DNA of 64,000 bases from Bacteroidia bacterium (GCA_038206355.1 JBBRAY010000014.1:6852-70851), one strand, 5' to 3'; numbered from the stretch's first letter, positions 1 through 9,937 are shown. Numbers and translations: made by a program. Notes: generated by a model from the letters alone, not told the origin.

Positions 1-19
1 TATTCCAACCGGTTTTAAA

Positions 20-57
20 CCAATCAATCAACTAATCAACTAATCAACCAATCAACC
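20..57. repeat. (C/T)AATCAAC heptamer/octamer tandem repeats
   Basis: ccaatcaatcaactaatcaactaatcaaccaatcaacc. A related atcaaccaatcaaccaatcc occurs at 43287..43306. Confidence 0.5.
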
Positions 58-164
58 GTATTCTCAAATCCCCCCCTCTTTTCTTTTGCCCTCCACCCAT
101 TATTCCATACATTTGTTTTCCCTCTCATCCTCCTGCCGATACATTTAACCTTTCTTCCTTTTGC

Positions 165-2105
165 ATGCCTAAAAAAATACTCCTCGTTTTCACCACCCTG
201 TTTTTATTCATCATCCTGGCTAGTCTGCTCAACCCGCACCAGTACGATGCCCGCGCTTCATTTCATACGCCGCAGGAAATAACCGCTTTCAAACAGCAGT
301 TCTTGACGGCAATAGGGCCCGGTGAATATTTTCTTACCTCTGAACATTGCCGCGGTTGTCATGGATTTGATTCTGCACAACTGGCAAACATTGACGAGAA
401 CGGAAATTCAGTAAACCTCTTCGACCACTGGCAAAGTACCATGATGGCCAATAGTGCCCGCGATCCGCTGTGGCGCGCAAAAGTGAGTCATGAGATACAG
501 GTCAATCCGGCACATGCCGCCGAACTCCAGGACAAATGCCTCGACTGCCATGCGCCTATGGGCCGCTATACGGCTATGTTTCATGGCATTCCTCATTATA
601 CACTTGCTGATCTGGCAACGGATTCGCTGGGCGCCGACGGCGTTTCATGTGCAAGTTGTCATACCATTGATTCAACCGTAGGACAAACATTTTCCGGCAT
701 CATCCCTTACGATACCACCAGAAATATTTATGGTCCGTTTACATCTCCTGTTGTAGGACCAATGCAACTGTATGAAGGATATACCCCGATGTACAGCACG
801 CACATGAATGAAAGCCGGCTGTGTTCTTCATGTCATACGCTCATGACTGAAAGTGTTGACCTCAACGGAAATTATACAGGCGGAGTTTTTCCTGAGCAGG
901 CTACCTATCATGAATACCTCAACTCCAGCTTTCCGGCAAATGGAATTACTTGTCAGGGTTGCCACATGCCGCATCTCGACGACGCCATCATTATTGCCAA
1001 CGGTCAGTCAGCACTTAACCCGCGCTACCCTTTCAACCAGCACGTATTTGTTGGCGGAAATGCTTTTATGCTGGAGATGATAAAAAATAATAAGGTGCAA
1101 CTTGGCGCTACTGCAGAAGACTGGCAGTTTGATACAACCATTGCAAATACGCTGGCATTGCTCAGGAATAAAACGATAAACTTTGATTTGCAACTCGACA
1201 GCTCTGCCAATGATACGGGTTTTTTCAGCGTGCGCATAGAAAATAAATCGGGACATAAATTTCCGTCGGGCTATCCGTCGCGGAGAGCGGTGGTACAGTT
1301 TGTAATGACTGACGCCACCGGAGATACCGTTTTCAAATCAGGAACTTTCGCTCCTGACTTCCGCGTTGTGGGCGAAACACCGGCGTATGAACCGCACCAT
1401 GATATTATCAGTCAGCAGGATGTGCCGCAGATTTATGAGCTTGCAATGGGTGACGTGAATTACAATTTCACTTCTGTGCTCGAACGTGCTGCCACACTTT
1501 TGAAAGACGACAGAATTCCGCCGGCAGGATTTACCACGACGCATTTTGCTTATGACACGGTGAAGATTTCCAATGATGCACTGGCTGATGATGATTTCAA
1601 TAAAATAAATACCGTTGAAGGTTCCGGCGTTGACGTTGTCCATTACCATATTCCGCTGAGTGCTGCGATTGGAAATGTTACCATTCATGCCAGGGTATAT
1701 TATCAGGCCGTGCCGCCGAAATGGGTGGATGAATTGTTTGCTTACAACAGCGCCGAGATTGATTCCTTCCGTATCATGTTCGACAATGCCGACCAATCGC
1801 CGATACTTATTGCTTCCGACAGCATCGTAAACATAGCCTTAAAAACGAAGGAAGAACAAAACAAGACAGCTGTAACTGTTTACCCTACTATTTCGCGCGA
1901 TGGAAAAGTGTATATCACGACCTCCGGAGAAACAGCACTACGCAGCATCGTTATCTATGATACCCGGGGGAAAATGGTCTCTTTCAATGAAATTCATGCG
2001 AAAAGCAGCAGATATACAGTGAACTTGCCTGAGCATCAAATTGTATATTTAATGAAAATTGAAACATCGAAAGGCATTGTTTACCGCAAAGTTGTGAGGG
2101 AGTAG
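165..2105 (+). CDS. multihaem c-type cytochrome (5 CXXCH motifs) with T9SS C-terminal sorting domain
   Basis: N-terminal signal peptide. Five CXXCH motifs (CRGCH, CLDCH, CASCH, CSSCH, CQGCH). C-terminal ~80 aa beta-rich tail typical of Por/T9SS CTD (VYPTISRDGKVYI...GIVYRKVV). Confidence 0.7.
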   Translation: MPKKILLVFTTLFLFIILASLLNPHQYDARASFHTPQEITAFKQQFLTAIGPGEYFLTSEHCRGCHGFDSAQLANIDENGNSVNLFDHWQSTMMANSARDPLWRAKVSHEIQVNPAHAAELQDKCLDCHAPMGRYTAMFHGIPHYTLADLATDSLGADGVSCASCHTIDSTVGQTFSGIIPYDTTRNIYGPFTSPVVGPMQLYEGYTPMYSTHMNESRLCSSCHTLMTESVDLNGNYTGGVFPEQATYHEYLNSSFPANGITCQGCHMPHLDDAIIIANGQSALNPRYPFNQHVFVGGNAFMLEMIKNNKVQLGATAEDWQFDTTIANTLALLRNKTINFDLQLDSSANDTGFFSVRIENKSGHKFPSGYPSRRAVVQFVMTDATGDTVFKSGTFAPDFRVVGETPAYEPHHDIISQQDVPQIYELAMGDVNYNFTSVLERAATLLKDDRIPPAGFTTTHFAYDTVKISNDALADDDFNKINTVEGSGVDVVHYHIPLSAAIGNVTIHARVYYQAVPPKWVDELFAYNSAEIDSFRIMFDNADQSPILIASDSIVNIALKTKEEQNKTAVTVYPTISRDGKVYITTSGETALRSIVIYDTRGKMVSFNEIHAKSSRYTVNLPEHQIVYLMKIETSKGIVYRKVVRE

Positions 2106-2187
2106 ATTATTCCCTTTCTTTGGAATCCCTAAAATATATTGGAATTACTATTAATTACTTCATCCTAAAATTAAACCCAATTTAAAA

Positions 2188-5079
2188 ATGAAACTTTCTA
2201 CTTTATGTCGTTTTCTGATGTCAGGTTCGTTTGCTCTGTTGGCATTTACAACGCAGGCGCAATTTGCATTTACAAATTCCAACAGCAAGTTCGCCTCACA
2301 AACGCATAGCGGATGTGCTGTAACTGTTGTTGACGTTAACAATGACGGACTGGATGATATCCTTGCCATGGATCAGAGTACTGATCTTGTTGTCAGGCTT
2401 CAAAACCGTGACGGGTCGTTCACGAGTTATTCTCTTGGACAGGTTTATGGTAGTAAGGTTTGGGGTATGGCAGCTGCTGATGTAGACCACAACGGATGGA
2501 AAGATGTAGTGGTCGGAAGTGGATCTGCAACACTTGTAAAACTGGGATGGAACGGTACTACAGTTACTTCAACAATTATTCCGCTGGCCGGAAATTATTT
2601 TGTGCAGAACGTACTCTTCGGAGATTTCAATAATGATGGTTGGGTTGACCTCGAAGTAAATGATGACAACGACTACGCAAAAATTTATGTGAATAACAAT
2701 GGCACGTTGAATCTCACAACAACACTCATCAATACTGAAATCAACCCGGGTATGACTTACGGAAATGATCCGTATGATTCAGGAAACTACGGTAGTGTGT
2801 GGACTGACTTCGACAATGACGGAGACATGGATCTTTACATTTCTCATTGCCGTCAGAGCACATCCAGCAGCACTGACCAGCGCAGAAGAGACCGTCTATT
2901 TGTGAATGACGGAAACAACAACTATACTGAAATGGCGCAGGCCTATGGCATTGAGGTTACCAACTTCAAACAAACATGGACAACAAGTTTTGGAGACATT
3001 GACAATGACGGCGACCAGGACATCGTAATGACGAACCACGGTGAGAACGGACAGATATTACAGAATGACGGAACAGGTCATTTCACTGACATCACCACCG
3101 GAAGCGGATTCCTGACCACCGGTTTTGATCCGATCGAATCCATGGTAGAAGATTTTGACAATGATGGTTACCTCGACATCTTAGTTTCAGGCGGAGGAGG
3201 CGGAAATTCTTACCTGCTTTATCACAACAACCACGACTACACTTTTACATTGGCTACGCTTCCTTTTCCAGCACAAAGCAATGGAATGCTTTCTTTCGGT
3301 TTGGGAGACTTAAACCACGATGGCAAAACAGACGTCTTTGCGTCTTATGGCAACGTGTATAATAATCCGACAAGTACTGATGACGTTCTCTTCCTTAACA
3401 CGACTTCAAACAACAATCATTTTATCACCTTCGCTCTTACAGGAACAGTGAGTAACATTGATGCTATCGGAGCAAAGGTTACCATTTATGGTCCATGGGG
3501 AGTGCAGGTTCGTGAAGTACGTGCAGGAGAAAGCTATGGTACTTCCAATTCAGCACAATGCCATTTCGGCATCGGCGCCAACACTGTTGTTGACTCTGCC
3601 CGCATTGACTGGCCTTCGCACCAGAATACGAATCATTTTACAAATCTTGCCGCTGATCAGTTTGTTACAGTAACTGAAGGCGGATGTGAAATCACAGGAA
3701 ATATTATCCCGGGTCCGTTCACACTTTGCACAGGACAAACAATTACACTTACAGCTGTGGGTGGATTTACTTCATACAACTGGTCGAATGGCGACAATTC
3801 ACAATCTACAGTAATCTCGACTCCGGGTTATTATAATGTAATGGTGACTGATGCAGGAGGATGCAAAGGCATTTCACCTTCTATTCAGGTCGTGGTGAAT
3901 CCGGACGAAACACCATCGGTGACTTCTTCAGGAGACCTGGTTTTCTGTGAAGGTGGAAGTGTTATGCTTACTTCTACTCCTGCTGCTGCTTATTCATGGT
4001 CATCAGGACAAACAACACAATCAATTACAGTTTCCGCTTCAGGAAGTTATACTGTTTCCATTCAGGGATTGTGCGCTGCATTTACTTCAAACGTTCAGCT
4101 TGTGAATGTACTTGCTGCGCCGGTTCCGGTTGCGGCAGATGATTCAGCGATCAGTCCGAATTCAATTACACTGACAGCAACAGGAAATGATATCTCCTGG
4201 TATGATACGCAAACAGGCGGAACATTGCTGGCTTCAGGTACATCTTATACTACTCCTGTACTTACCAATACCACTACCTATTGGGTGGAGGATAAAACAA
4301 GTTATGGCGGAGGAAATGCAGCAACAGGACAGCCATATCATACCGGCACAAGTTTATATAGTACCGGTGCCACCAATGGAGACCTTAAATTTGATGTTGC
4401 CGACAATTGTGTACTTGCAAGCGTGAAAGTTTATACCGGCACTGCAGGCACCCGTGAAATACAATTGTACAACTCTGTGGGTACATTGATAAATTCACTG
4501 GTAGTTAACATACCGGCTGACACAAGCATCATTACGCTTAATTTTGCACTCACTCCGGGTACAGGCTATTCCATTACAACCAACGGGGCGCTCAATACAA
4601 CGAACTTCGGAAGTATCAACCCGCAATTGCAACGCAGCAGTCAGGGTGTTGCTTATCCTTATACTGTGAACAACGTAATTTCCGTTACAGGATCAAATCA
4701 GGGTCAAGGCTACTACTACTATTTCTATGACTGGCAGATTGAACTTCCTGCAACAGTTTGCACAAGCGTAAGAATTCCTGTTCAGGCGATTATGCTTATC
4801 ACTGATGCGATCACAAACTTTACATCAGAAAATAATTTCATGGTATATCCAAATCCTGCTGATGAAAACGTAACTGTTTCTTTTGACAATGCAGGAACAC
4901 AAAAATCAAATGTTGCGTTCATCAATGCAATGGGACAGGTTGTTTCTTCAACTGCGATGGAAAATGTAGCGGGAAATTTCCACCGGACATTTGATGTCAG
5001 TGGATTTGCAAAGGGTGTTTATACCATTCATGTTGTTTCCAATGACAAAACATCTTTCCAGCGTCTGATCATTCAGTAA
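2188..5079 (+). CDS. FG-GAP/VCBS-repeat (CRTAC1 / ASPIC-UnbV-like) secreted protein with T9SS CTD
   Basis: Repeated DxDxDG / DxNxDG calcium-binding FG-GAP motifs (DVNNDGLDD, DFDNDGDMD, DIDNDGDQD, DFDNDGYLD). Ig-like repeats follow. C-terminal YPNPA...GVYTIHV T9SS tail. Confidence 0.7.
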   Translation: MKLSTLCRFLMSGSFALLAFTTQAQFAFTNSNSKFASQTHSGCAVTVVDVNNDGLDDILAMDQSTDLVVRLQNRDGSFTSYSLGQVYGSKVWGMAAADVDHNGWKDVVVGSGSATLVKLGWNGTTVTSTIIPLAGNYFVQNVLFGDFNNDGWVDLEVNDDNDYAKIYVNNNGTLNLTTTLINTEINPGMTYGNDPYDSGNYGSVWTDFDNDGDMDLYISHCRQSTSSSTDQRRRDRLFVNDGNNNYTEMAQAYGIEVTNFKQTWTTSFGDIDNDGDQDIVMTNHGENGQILQNDGTGHFTDITTGSGFLTTGFDPIESMVEDFDNDGYLDILVSGGGGGNSYLLYHNNHDYTFTLATLPFPAQSNGMLSFGLGDLNHDGKTDVFASYGNVYNNPTSTDDVLFLNTTSNNNHFITFALTGTVSNIDAIGAKVTIYGPWGVQVREVRAGESYGTSNSAQCHFGIGANTVVDSARIDWPSHQNTNHFTNLAADQFVTVTEGGCEITGNIIPGPFTLCTGQTITLTAVGGFTSYNWSNGDNSQSTVISTPGYYNVMVTDAGGCKGISPSIQVVVNPDETPSVTSSGDLVFCEGGSVMLTSTPAAAYSWSSGQTTQSITVSASGSYTVSIQGLCAAFTSNVQLVNVLAAPVPVAADDSAISPNSITLTATGNDISWYDTQTGGTLLASGTSYTTPVLTNTTTYWVEDKTSYGGGNAATGQPYHTGTSLYSTGATNGDLKFDVADNCVLASVKVYTGTAGTREIQLYNSVGTLINSLVVNIPADTSIITLNFALTPGTGYSITTNGALNTTNFGSINPQLQRSSQGVAYPYTVNNVISVTGSNQGQGYYYYFYDWQIELPATVCTSVRIPVQAIMLITDAITNFTSENNFMVYPNPADENVTVSFDNAGTQKSNVAFINAMGQVVSSTAMENVAGNFHRTFDVSGFAKGVYTIHVVSNDKTSFQRLIIQ

Positions 5080-5096
5080 ACAAATTATTAATCATA

Positions 5097-5130
5097 GAAA
5101 AGAGCGCTTCGATATGGGGCGCTTTTTTTT
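5097..5130 (+). terminator. putative rho-independent terminator after 2188..5079
   Basis: aaaagagcgc-ttcgatatgggg-gcgcttttttttt: GC stem followed by a 9-T run, 18 nt past the stop codon. Confidence 0.5.
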
Positions 5131-5285
5131 TGGAAACTTCGAACTTCGTTGTTCCCCGTGCCGGATCGGAAAGATAACATAGGACGAAGAAGTAACACCG
5201 ACAAACAGCAGTGTATCAGTATAAATGATAAAGATTCCTCTTTGCGCTTCGCTTCAATCGGATTGACAAATAAGGTTTATTATTA

Positions 5286-5336
5286 AGTGGCGGAAGAGAA
5301 AATTTGCGGATCGGGGGCAAATTTTCTCTTACGCCA
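5286..5336. repeat. 21-bp near-perfect inverted repeat (hairpin) in intergenic region
   Basis: gtggcggaagagaaaatttgc / ggatcgggg / gcaaattttctcttacgccac. The arms are reverse-complementary with one mismatch. Read directly from the sequence. Confidence 0.6.
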
Positions 5337-5464
5337 CAAATACCATTTATAGACTGTCCTCCCGAATGAAATGAGGAATCTCTTAAACTGAGCTGCTATA
5401 CAACAACCTAAAATTAAACCACAACCCTTTTTTATTTTACTTTTACGTCTGAAAAAATAAACCG

Positions 5465-6700
5465 ATGAAAAGAATTACCTGCGTTGTTTTCCTGTTCCAT
5501 TTAATATTCTTTCAGGCTTTTCCGCAGGCATTCATCAACTTCACCCGTTTTAATTCTCCACTACCCGATAATACCGTTCGTGCCATTGCTGTTGATGCGC
5601 AGGGAAGAAAATGGTTCGGTACAGATTACGGCATGGCAATATATAATGATACTTCATGGATCATTTATACCACAGTGAACAGCGCCATCTCCGACAATTC
5701 AATTAAGCACATCACCTTTGATGCTGCGGGCAATGCATGGATATGCACACAGGTTGGTGGCATTAATAAATTTGATGGCAACACATTCACCATTTTCAAT
5801 ACTTCAAATTCAGGAATTGCTTCGAACTATGTTCGCTGTATTGCAATTGACAGCAACGACGTAAAATGGATTTGCACAGATAACGGACTGAACAGTTTTG
5901 ACAATACTACCTGGACTCTTTATGATATTTCTAATTCTTCTTTGCCCATCAATAGCCTGGGAGCGATTGCTGTCGAAACCAACAACCAACGATGGATCGG
6001 AACCGTGAATGGCGGATTTGTGGATATGCTGGATACCGCTTTTACAACGTACGATATTGTAAACGGAGGTTTTCCTGATAACTCAGTTCTGGGGATCGTG
6101 ATTGACCACCTTGGATATAAGTGGTGCGCTACTCCTGCCGGCGGACTCGTGCGTTTTTATGGAGCCAATGGATATACTTTCAACTTTACTAATTCTACCA
6201 TCCCCAGTGAATCCTTTGACGCTGTTGATGTGGACTCTGCAGGCAATGTTTACCTTGGATCTTTTGACAATGGCGTAGTAAGAAAACAAGGCAACAATTT
6301 TTTTTCTTACAACACCTCCAATTCAGCCATGCCTGATGACATCGTTTTTTCTGTAGCCGTTGAACGCACAGGAATTATCTGGGCCGGAACTTCTGTGGAA
6401 GGTGTAGTTAGGATTGATGAACCACTTTATGTTCCGGTACTTGCTGCAGAAAGCCGGCGTTCATTTTCCGTTTATCCCAATCCCGTAAAGGACCATCTCA
6501 AAATACTTAGTGATGGCTTCTCATATGAAATAGTCGTTCAAATCATTCTATATAATTCAATCGGGTCACAGGTTCCCTTGCCAATTGACAACTGCGAACT
6601 TCCTGTTCAAATGGATGTTTCCTCCCTTCCTCCCGGAATTTACTTCCTTTCCATTACCTCCGGAAATAAAACCGTGAGCAGGAAAGTTATTAAGATGTAA
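5465..6700 (+). CDS. two-component-regulator propeller (Reg_prop) repeat protein with T9SS CTD
   Basis: Seven ~45-aa repeats of the form xAIAxDxxGxxWxGTxxGxxxxD. Signal peptide present. C-terminal SVYPNPV...GIYFLSI T9SS tail. Confidence 0.65.
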   Translation: MKRITCVVFLFHLIFFQAFPQAFINFTRFNSPLPDNTVRAIAVDAQGRKWFGTDYGMAIYNDTSWIIYTTVNSAISDNSIKHITFDAAGNAWICTQVGGINKFDGNTFTIFNTSNSGIASNYVRCIAIDSNDVKWICTDNGLNSFDNTTWTLYDISNSSLPINSLGAIAVETNNQRWIGTVNGGFVDMLDTAFTTYDIVNGGFPDNSVLGIVIDHLGYKWCATPAGGLVRFYGANGYTFNFTNSTIPSESFDAVDVDSAGNVYLGSFDNGVVRKQGNNFFSYNTSNSAMPDDIVFSVAVERTGIIWAGTSVEGVVRIDEPLYVPVLAAESRRSFSVYPNPVKDHLKILSDGFSYEIVVQIILYNSIGSQVPLPIDNCELPVQMDVSSLPPGIYFLSITSGNKTVSRKVIKM

Positions 6701-6784
6701 TGCGTTTTTGATGTCAGGAATTTAAGATAACGCAAATCCCTCCTGCCACTGTTTCGCATAACTTCACGCCACTAATTTTTCACA

Positions 6785-8299
6785 TTGTCTTCCTTAAAGA
6801 AACTCGCTTCGCAAACAGCAGTGTATGGATTGAGCAGCATTGTCGGCCGCATGCTCAATTATTTGCTCGTGCCGCTTTATACCCGCGTTTTCGTTACAGG
6901 TGAATACGGCGTGGTAACGGAGCTTTATGCATACGTTTCTTTCTTCAATATCATTTTTACTTATGGACTGGAGACGGCATTTTTCCGTTATGCAGAAAAA
7001 GAAAAAGGCAATCCGAAAGTATATTCCACTTCTCTCATCAGCATCATTGCCTCATCCATTTCTCTTGCGCTGGTGATCATTTTATTTTCTTCTCCCATCG
7101 CTTCATGGATGAATCACAGTGAAGGGTCTGAGAAAATGTTACCGCAGTACATTAGTTGTTTTGCCCTCGTGCTGGCCTTTGATGCCATCAGCGCCATTCC
7201 GTTTGCAAGACTCCGGCAGGAAGCAAGGGCGTGGCGTTTTGCATCCATCAAGATGGTGTGGATACTTGTGAATGTCGGACTGAATATTTTCTTCCTCGTC
7301 ATATGCCCTTCTGTTAAAGACGGCATGTTCCATGATTTCATCAGCAAAGTTTATGACCCCTCTATTGGAATAGGATATGTTTTTATCAGCAACCTCGCAG
7401 CAAGTGGTATCGTTCTGATTTTTCTTTCTCCTGAAATTTTCAAAATAAATTATTCCTTCGATAAAAAACTCTGGACAACGATGATCATCTATTCGCTTCC
7501 GTTGATGGTTGCAGGTTTTGCCGGGATGATCAATGAAACGTTTGACCGCATCATGTTGCCCCGCCTGATTGCAGATAAGTCAACAGCACTTTCACAACTT
7601 GGTATTTACGGTGCGTGTTACAAGCTGTCTATATTAATGTCACTCTTTGTGCAAACCTTTCGCTATGCAGCAGAACCGTTTTTCTTTTCGCAGGCGTCGA
7701 GCGACAATGCAAAGCGAACCTATGCGCGCGTCATGCATTACTTCGTACTCATGTGTGCATTTATTTTTCTGGCCATCATGATGTACATGGATCTTGTACA
7801 AAAATTAATCGGCGCAGAATACCGCGAAGGAATAGCCATCGTTCCCATCTTACTCATGGCCAATCTTTGTCTCGGCGTGTTTTATAATTTATCAATATGG
7901 TATAAGCTAACCCATCAGACAAAATGGGGAGCATGGCTTTCCATTATCGGTGCGGCGATCACACTCATACTTAATTTTTCACTGATCCCTGCGATGGGTT
8001 ACATGGGCGCTGCATGGGCAACACTGATATGTTATGCAGCGATGATGATTATCTCGTATCTCGTCGGACAAAAATATTACCGGGTGAATTATAATATCCC
8101 GTCATTCATTTATTTTATAGGAACAGCATTGGCATTGTATTTTGTCAGCGAACAGATCAGGAATCATTTTATGTTTGATAAAAACCCGATGATGCTCATC
8201 AACACCGGACTTCTGCTCGTTTATCTTCTCTCTGCAGGGATTTATGAGAGGCGCAAAAATCCCTACATTCGCATCCCTGAAAAAAAGGAAGCTCCCTGA
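6785..8299 (+). CDS. polytopic membrane protein, MOP/Wzx-type polysaccharide biosynthesis (flippase-like) family
   Basis: ~500 aa with at least 12 hydrophobic segments. Length and architecture fit oligosaccharide flippase / polysaccharide biosynthesis proteins. The ORF opens on TTG; the true start is uncertain. Confidence 0.5.
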   Translation: MSSLKKLASQTAVYGLSSIVGRMLNYLLVPLYTRVFVTGEYGVVTELYAYVSFFNIIFTYGLETAFFRYAEKEKGNPKVYSTSLISIIASSISLALVIILFSSPIASWMNHSEGSEKMLPQYISCFALVLAFDAISAIPFARLRQEARAWRFASIKMVWILVNVGLNIFFLVICPSVKDGMFHDFISKVYDPSIGIGYVFISNLAASGIVLIFLSPEIFKINYSFDKKLWTTMIIYSLPLMVAGFAGMINETFDRIMLPRLIADKSTALSQLGIYGACYKLSILMSLFVQTFRYAAEPFFFSQASSDNAKRTYARVMHYFVLMCAFIFLAIMMYMDLVQKLIGAEYREGIAIVPILLMANLCLGVFYNLSIWYKLTHQTKWGAWLSIIGAAITLILNFSLIPAMGYMGAAWATLICYAAMMIISYLVGQKYYRVNYNIPSFIYFIGTALALYFVSEQIRNHFMFDKNPMMLINTGLLLVYLLSAGIYERRKNPYIRIPEKKEAP

Positions 8300-8336
8300 A
8301 TTAATGGATCCGGAGCCATAAAAACCAGAATCTCAA

Positions 8337-8771
8337 ATGGAAGTAAGAATCATAAATAAATCGAAACATCCGCTCCCCGGTTATGAAACCATTCATTCTG
8401 CGGGTATGGATTTGCGTGCGAACCTTGACAGCCCGGTTACACTTCTGCCATTGCAGCGTGCCATGGTTGCCACCGGACTTTTCATTGAACTTCCTGCAGG
8501 AACAGAAGCCCAGGTAAGGCCCCGCAGCGGACTGGCAGCAAAAAAAGGAATTACCGTTCTCAACGCACCCGGTACCATTGATGCCGATTACCGCGGTGAA
8601 GTGAAAGTGATACTCGTGAATCTTTCAAATGATCCGTTCGTAATTGAAGACGGGGAACGCATTGCACAACTCATCGTTGCGAAACATGAACGCGTGGAAT
8701 GGAAAGAAACAGCCGATCTGCTGGAAACCGAAAGGGGTACGGGGGGATTTGGATCAACGGGAAATAGGTAG
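8337..8771 (+). CDS. dut: dUTP diphosphatase
   Basis: 144 aa with canonical dUTPase motifs ([24 protein letters not shown], and a C-terminal GGFGSTG P-loop-like motif V). Confidence 0.9.
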   Translation: MEVRIINKSKHPLPGYETIHSAGMDLRANLDSPVTLLPLQRAMVATGLFIELPAGTEAQVRPRSGLAAKKGITVLNAPGTIDADYRGEVKVILVNLSNDPFVIEDGERIAQLIVAKHERVEWKETADLLETERGTGGFGSTGNR

Positions 8772-8774
8772 GCA

Positions 8775-8792
8775 TCCCGATAGCTATCGGGA
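8775..8792. repeat. 18-bp perfect palindrome TCCCGATAGCTATCGGGA
   Basis: Read directly, 4 nt after the dut stop codon. The identical 18-mer also occurs at 50021..50038 and 51172..51189. Confidence 0.6.
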
Positions 8793-8935
8793 GGCGGTAT
8801 GCAATAGGCAAGGGTTTCAAATAGAACTTGCAGCTTGGTATTTTTGCCCACTGCTTACTGCCCACTACTTACTACAGAATTGCAGGTGCGAAACGAATAT
8901 TTTTTATAGAATTTAATTAAACTCAGATACATAAA

Positions 8936-9937
8936 ATGAAGATCATAGTCCCCATGGCGGGTATGGGAAAGCGGATGCGACCGCATACTTTAACGATCCC
9001 GAAACCATTGATCCCTGTTGCAGGAAAGCCAATCGTACAATGGCTTGTAGAGGATATTATTAAAGTCTGTAAGGAAAAAGTAACCGATATTGCTTTTGTC
9101 GTAGGGCATTTCGGACAAGAGACAGAAGCCCGTCTGATTAAGATTGCCGAAAGCCAGGGCGCCAAAGGACATATTTATTACCAGGATGAACCTCTGGGAA
9201 CTGCACATGCCATCCTGTGTGCAAAAGATCAGCTGGATGGAAAAGTGATCGTCGCTTTTGCCGATACATTATTCCGTGCCGACTTTACGATGGACGAAGA
9301 CAAAGAAGGCATCATCTGGGTGAATAAAATTGATGACCCTAAAATGTTTGGAGTCATAAAAGTGGATGATAAAGGTGTGATTACCGACTTTGTAGAGAAG
9401 CCGCAAACTTTTGTGAGCGATCTGGCAATCATCGGAATATATTATATGAAAGACGGGGCTTACCTCCGCAAGGAAATGCAGTTCCTCGTTGACAATAACA
9501 TCAAGGAGAAAGGCGAATTTCAACTGACGAATGCCCTTGAGAACATGAAGCAAAAGGGAACGAAATTTTTTCCGGGAAAAGTGGATGAATGGCTTGACTG
9601 CGGAAATAAGGACGCAACGGTGTACACCAATCAGCGCGTACTCGAGATGCATAAAGGCGAATTGAAGATTCCGGCATCTGTGAAACTGGAAAATGCGCTC
9701 GTTATTCAGCCCTGTTTCATCGGGGAGAATTGTACCTTTATTAATTCTGTAGTAGGTCCGCATGTATCTATAGGAGCAAATACAAAAGTGGAAAACTCGA
9801 ACATCAGCAACAGCATCATCCAGACCAATTGCAAAATAAAAAATGCCGTTATCAGTAATTCAATGATTGGTAACTTTGCTGAATACGCCCGTAATGCAGA
9901 TGACCTCAGCATCGGGGACTATTCTACACAGCATTAA
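8936..9937 (+). CDS. sugar-phosphate nucleotidyltransferase with C-terminal left-handed beta-helix domain
   Basis: N-terminus MKIIVPMAGMGKRMRP...LIPVAGKPI is the NTP_transferase G-x-G-x-R signature. The C-terminal hexapeptide-repeat region is rich in I/V-x-x-N-x. Confidence 0.65.
   Translation: MKIIVPMAGMGKRMRPHTLTIPKPLIPVAGKPIVQWLVEDIIKVCKEKVTDIAFVVGHFGQETEARLIKIAESQGAKGHIYYQDEPLGTAHAILCAKDQLDGKVIVAFADTLFRADFTMDEDKEGIIWVNKIDDPKMFGVIKVDDKGVITDFVEKPQTFVSDLAIIGIYYMKDGAYLRKEMQFLVDNNIKEKGEFQLTNALENMKQKGTKFFPGKVDEWLDCGNKDATVYTNQRVLEMHKGELKIPASVKLENALVIQPCFIGENCTFINSVVGPHVSIGANTKVENSNISNSIIQTNCKIKNAVISNSMIGNFAEYARNADDLSIGDYSTQH

Noticed and set aside
1338-1796. 152-aa minus-strand ORF inside the cytochrome gene. 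Other antisense or overlapping ORFs of the same kind are 9269..9763, 26949..27449, 41019..41645, 43794..44414, 54787..55326 and 35784..36068 (Ala-rich antisense of rplY).
   Set aside because: Each lies entirely within a longer, well-supported CDS on the other strand or frame, and none has a recognisable motif. They are typical spurious shadow ORFs.
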